DNA of 63,356 nucleotides, the filler included, from Lenisia limosa (lineage: Eukaryota > Protista > Breviatea): assembly GCA_001655205.1 (NCBI GenBank). It is 19 parts of 19 records of this genome, joined end to end, with 100 filler letters (N's around TTAATTAATTAA, not from the genome) between each part and the next. Parts side by side here need not be neighbours in the genome. Positions count along the whole stretch, not along the records: positions 56,941 to 59,883 come from LPNZ01002522.1; positions 59,984 to 61,538 come from LPNZ01006949.1; positions 61,639 to 63,356 come from LPNZ01001275.1; 16 more parts are not named here. One strand, written 5' to 3'. Position numbers and translations under genes: made by a program. Shown piece after piece: positions 59,114 through 63,356 of this stretch; position 1 is the stretch's first letter, and each line of letters starts with the position of its first letter. The notes beneath the pieces are model-generated. The model did not search any database. It saw only the letters and a program-made list of their open reading frames with translations, and was not told the origin of the DNA.

Positions 59114-59261
59114 GGAGGGGGTGGGAAGAGTTGGTTGTGAAAATCCCAGGGGGAAATGACGAAAATGAAAATCCCTAGATCATATCACTAGTGGATATGG
59201 GGTGGATATGGGTTAGCATAGCCCAGTCATTCTAACCCTGGTTAACAAATACAGCCAGTCG

Positions 59262-59870
59262 TCATGCCATGTTCTTGTTTATGGACCTCTTCCGTATTGC
59301 ACTTCGTATTATGATTCTCTTGAGGTTTGTCAATGAGAGTATTTGCGTTTGATGGAGCAACAAAATGAAATTGTTATTTTTCAGGGGACGACAGGAAGGA
59401 GGAGAGTCGTCTTCCAAAAGGAAATCCCGGCCTTCAAGATAAATGTCTCCCATACTCCATTCTTTTCTTAATTTATTTATCTCTCTGTCTAATACATTAT
59501 CTTTTGAATCCCCCTCAACCCTCGCCAACCGCAGGCCATCCGAATATTTAGTGGACGATTGGACCAAAAAGCAGGCNNNNNNNNNNNNNNNNNNNNNNNN
59601 NNNNNNNNNNNNNNNNNNNNNNNNNNNNNNNNNNNNNNNNNNNNNNNNNNNNNNNNNNNNNNNNNNNNNNTTGTACCGCCGCAAAAACGCAAAAACATCC
59701 CCAGATATAATATGTTACCCCATGGTCTAAACTCCAAGAACCAGTAATTATACCAGTCGTCAGTCCGTCCTTCCCCTTGTCCTTCCCTGCCTATTCTATG
59801 CCCTGCCTGCCCCAGAACCCAACCCTGCCCTGTCTGAAACACCTGCGCATTGCACCCAAGGAGGTTTAAG
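59262..59870 (-). CDS. Hypothetical protein, probable 3' exons
   Basis: Open blocks VLNLLGCNAQ, ACFLVQSSTKYSDGLRLAR and EWSMGDIYLEGRDFLLEDD...RKRSINKNMA*. Confidence 0.35.
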
Positions 59871-60112
59871 ACTGTATACGCATNNNNNNNNNNNNNNNNN
59901 NNNNNNNNNNNNNNNNNNNNNNNNNNNTTAATTAATTAANNNNNNNNNNNNNNNNNNNNNNNNNNNNNNNNNNNNNNNNNNNNGGGGGGGGGGGGGTATT
60001 TGAGATTGCTAGGATATTGGGTATTGGCGTAAGTGGATCATAATGCATGAACATTTCTACCTCTCTCTCACCCTCTTCCTCTCTCTTTCCCTATATATTT
60101 CATATATATCAT

Positions 60113-60248
60113 AAAAAATATTTTGATAGGCTTGAGATATAACACTGGTAGGTCCAGTTCAAGGCATATTTTCCAACCTTGTGTCCGAAATATTAGTCAA
60201 TTTTTGATAAGAATGTGGATATATCTCAAGCCTATCAAAATATTTTTT
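60113..60248. mobile_element. About 135-bp MITE-like element with 29-bp perfect inverted ends
   Basis: AAAAAATATTTTGATAGGCTTGAGATATA (60113-60141) versus TATATCTCAAGCCTATCAAAATATTTTTT (60220-60248); single copy in the window. Confidence 0.7.
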
Positions 60249-60768
60249 GACGAAAACTGCATGAATACATTGGTTTTAGAGGTCTGCGGTTTCAGAAAAA
60301 GGCTTTATTCGAAACTAAACACAAAAAAATCATTTTTTTTCAAGATTAGTCACGGAATATTTTGACCTTAAGGTCAAATTTTTTCAAAAAATAATAAAAA
60401 AATTTTGTCTTTCAAGATCCTTCTGTGGTTTCCACCACTTTTTGAGAGAATTCAACTTCAAGATTGTCTAAAAACCGGAATTGGCAAAAAAACCGGAATT
60501 TTGAACGGACGCATAATCATATATTATCATATATGACTATATACAGTATACATTTGATATGATCCCAAAAAAGTCCGACTTTCGATAAATCCTTGATAAA
60601 TATCGATATTTTAACGGTCATTTTCGGACCTTTGTGAAGCCCTGCACCCCCGAATACACCCCATTCCCCTTTTGTTGTCAGCCAACAGGGTTAATTTAGG
60701 TTTTTTTGTTTCATAAATTTCCAATTTCACATAAATTTTCCATTTTTATTCCACCCCCCCTCCCCTAG

Positions 60769-61527
60769 CATATGCCCGACTGGTACGCAGCGAGTGGACA
60801 ACTTCACAGACTGTCAGCCCTGTCCGGGTTCGTCACATCGTCTTGCCACACCTGGCGGCTCGGAGTACTGCTCATATGAGTTGAACAGCTACTATGACGG
60901 GGGGTGGAAGGCTTGTCCGCCGAATAGCATCGTGAGTAGGATGTGTAGGATATTAAACAAGGTTGTATCTGGTCGAAGCCGTCCACACCATCACGATTAT
61001 AAGAGATATTCGAGGATAGTTCCAAATGTAGAGGTAAGAAATATAACAAGGTTGTATCTGGCAGAAGAAGCGATTGACCTGGACTTTGTTTGTTTGTTGT
61101 TTTCAACCCTCGTGTGCAGCCAGCACAATTCGGTTCGGGCTTTTTTGTTTGTTTGTTTGATGAATTTTCTAATTTTACCCCCAGAAGGAACTGGCCTGTG
61201 CTTTGTTTGTTTTNNNNNNNNNNNNNNNNNNNNNNNNNNNNNNNNNNNNNNNNNNNNNNNNNNNNNNNNNNNNNNNNNNNNNNNNNNNNNNNNNNNNNNN
61301 NNNNNNNNNNNNNNNNNNNNNNNNNNNNNNNNNNNNNNNNNNNNNNNNNNNNNNNNNNNNNNNNNNNNNNNNNNNNNNNNNNNNNNNNNNNNNNNNNAAT
61401 GTTTCAACTTTACCCCCCTTAGAGCTTCCACTCCTTTATAACCGGTGGAATCGACAGCTGCATTTGTCTGAGTGGGTACTTCTTCGACAACAGTACGCAG
61501 ACCTGTGTTGGCTGTCCTGTTGGCAGT
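60769..61527 (+). CDS. Cys-rich repeat surface protein, partial; exons 60769-60931, 61423-61527
   Basis: ICPTGTQRVDNFTDCQPCPGSS...WKACPPNSI|SFHSFITGGIDSCICLSGYFFDNSTQTCVGCPVGS. Confidence 0.8.
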
Positions 61528-61638
61528 GTTAGGTGGGGNNNNNNNNNNNNNNNNNNNNNNNNNNNNNNNNNNNNNNNNNNNNTTAATTAATTAANNNNNN
61601 NNNNNNNNNNNNNNNNNNNNNNNNNNNNNNNNNNNNNN

Positions 61639-62921
61639 TGAGAAGGAGCGAGCATCATGCAAGACAACATGCAGTGTGTTTGACGTCGATGTTTACGCCG
61701 AGTGCACCCAGACTTGTACGACTGTTCACACTCCGTCGTTGAAGGTATTCACACACTCTGACCAGACACAGACACACACATGTACATAGTATATGATATG
61801 ATATACAATATCATATCATACGTTTTTTTATTTGTTTCATCAATTTTCCAATTGTACCCCCCAGGTTCAATTATTCACCACACCCCTCCAGACCTGGCAG
61901 TGTCCAGATGGTGAAGAACCCGACATTACAGCAGCCGAGGGCACATGCATCCCCATTAACTATTGCTTAATTGGTTTGCAGGGCCATTTTCGCGCAATTG
62001 CATTCGCTATTTCTACTCCATTTTTACGCCATTTTTTCGCTATGTTCATTTTTTCGCCATTTTCATGCCATTTTCACGTTATTTTCACGCAAGTCCACGC
62101 CATTTTTCGCCATTTTTACGCCATTTTTCGCTATTTTCACGCAAATCCGCGCTATTTTCACGCCATTTTAGGAGACGCATTCGGTTCGCCCACTTGCTAC
62201 CAGGAAGGAGCAACTTGCGAGTATATTGCTGGTACGGGGAGGTGGTAAATCGGAGTATAGCAAATACTTTTAATCATATTATCTTATCATTTTTTCATAA
62301 TATCATTTTATCATAATATCATTTTATCATACATAATACCATTTGATTTTATCCAATTTATCTTATTATTCTGTCAAATCACATGTGTTAACATTGTTGT
62401 TAGGCCCTGAACACTACAACTGTACCTGCCCCGATGGATTTGCTGGATTCAACGGCCAGTGCTATGACCCAAGAAAATGCGCACCCAACCAATGTGGCCT
62501 CGGTATCTGTGTCCTGGAGTCTTTCGGCGAATTTGAATGCCTCTGGTGCGCGCGGGGGGGTAAAACAAAGGAAAGTTCGATGAAGAATATTGGTGTAAAG
62601 GTACTAATCACGAACCGAATCATCTGAAACTCCAACCATTTCATGTCCTAATTATTTCCCTATTATTTCCCTATGCGCAGAGTTGTTAGGCAAATGATTG
62701 GGTGAATTAATATATTATACAATCCAATATCTCTTATAAGCGTGATGGNNNNNNNNNNNNNNNNNNNNNNNNNNNNNNNNNNNNNNNNNNNNNNNNNNNN
62801 NNNNNNNNNNNNNNNNNNNNNNNNNNNNNNNNNNNCCCACAGTATTTTCTTCCTCTAACCCTACAGTCCCCCCGGATCAGAGTTGAACGAAGATGCCACG
62901 CAATGTATCGACACAGATGAG
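61639..62921 (+). CDS. EGF-like / calcium-binding EGF repeat protein, partial
   Basis: CYQEGATCEYIAGPEHYNCTCPDGFAGFNGQCYDPRKCAPNQCGLGICVLESFGEFECLCPPGSELNEDATQCIDTDE; phases consistent. Confidence 0.88.
61985..62168. repeat. Intronic degenerate minisatellite (TTTTCGCCAT / TTTTCACGC units)
   Basis: About a dozen or more degenerate 10-12 bp units fill almost the whole intron up to the AG. Confidence 0.85.
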
Positions 62922-63105
62922 GTAAGGCTTTTCATACATATTCGGAGGTTTAACAGGTGAAAAATATGCTGAAAATGAGATTTTAACTCAAAAGGTAACA
63001 CAATTTATTTTGTTTGAAAAATTATACGGAGCCGGTCTAGCATATACTGTATATATATATTATTGCAAATGATTGGGTGAATTACTACTATTTGTATCTC
63101 ATTGC

Positions 63106-63205
63106 TTGGGCTTCACTTCGGTTCGCCAAAAGACTGAATATCTCGATATATCCTTGAAAATTATGGATATTTTATTGCTCTTTTTCGAACCGAAGTGAAG
63201 CCCTA
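63106..63205. mobile_element. MITE family A copy with perfect 8-bp TSD, inserted into a B element
   Basis: CTCATTGC at 63098-63105 and 63206-63213. Confidence 0.92.
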
Positions 63206-63356
63206 CTCATTGCTATGTGATATGTTGTAAAAGAATACCAGTTGATTTGATTATGACATTTCCCGATACTCACAAATATTTACATACGTTGGAGTGATGA
63301 TATGCGGTGCTGCAGAAGCGATTAGCCTGGGCTTTATTTTTTTTTTTTTTTTTTTT

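Noticed and set aside
61832-62316. Phe/Arg/His-rich ORFs
   Set aside because: Translation of the intronic minisatellite.

Overview
The window is eukaryotic DNA from a flagellated, intron-rich organism read with the standard genetic code. It is not one locus: 18 artificial linkers (N44-TTAATTAATTAA-N44) join 19 unrelated scaffolds of about 1.5-10 kb, so most genes are partial and most ORFs in the supplied track are spurious. Manual GT-AG splicing recovers axonemal dynein IC1 (DNAI1), PGAP3/Per1, MPP10, the AP-4 mu subunit, a cyclic-nucleotide phosphodiesterase, an IQ + RhoGEF-like protein, a two-domain multi-TM class III nucleotide cyclase, a Bax-inhibitor-1 family protein, a bacterial-type Ig/cadherin-repeat adhesin, three Cys-rich/EGF surface proteins, several hypothetical proteins and a decayed pogo-like transposase. 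The most striking biology is in the introns. Minimal 30-70 nt introns coexist with 0.2-1 kb introns built from a few short mobile modules: a roughly 100-bp hAT-type MITE with 8-bp TSDs, a roughly 80-bp Tc1-type MITE, and two non-TIR families (B and C). B and C lie mostly in the sense orientation, sit next to splice sites and carry donor-like or acceptor-like ends. Many introns open with G-runs and close with C-runs, and exon-intron junctions are repeatedly duplicated in tandem. Together these suggest an introner-like intron-building system. All gene identities come from motif recognition by eye; no search was run.
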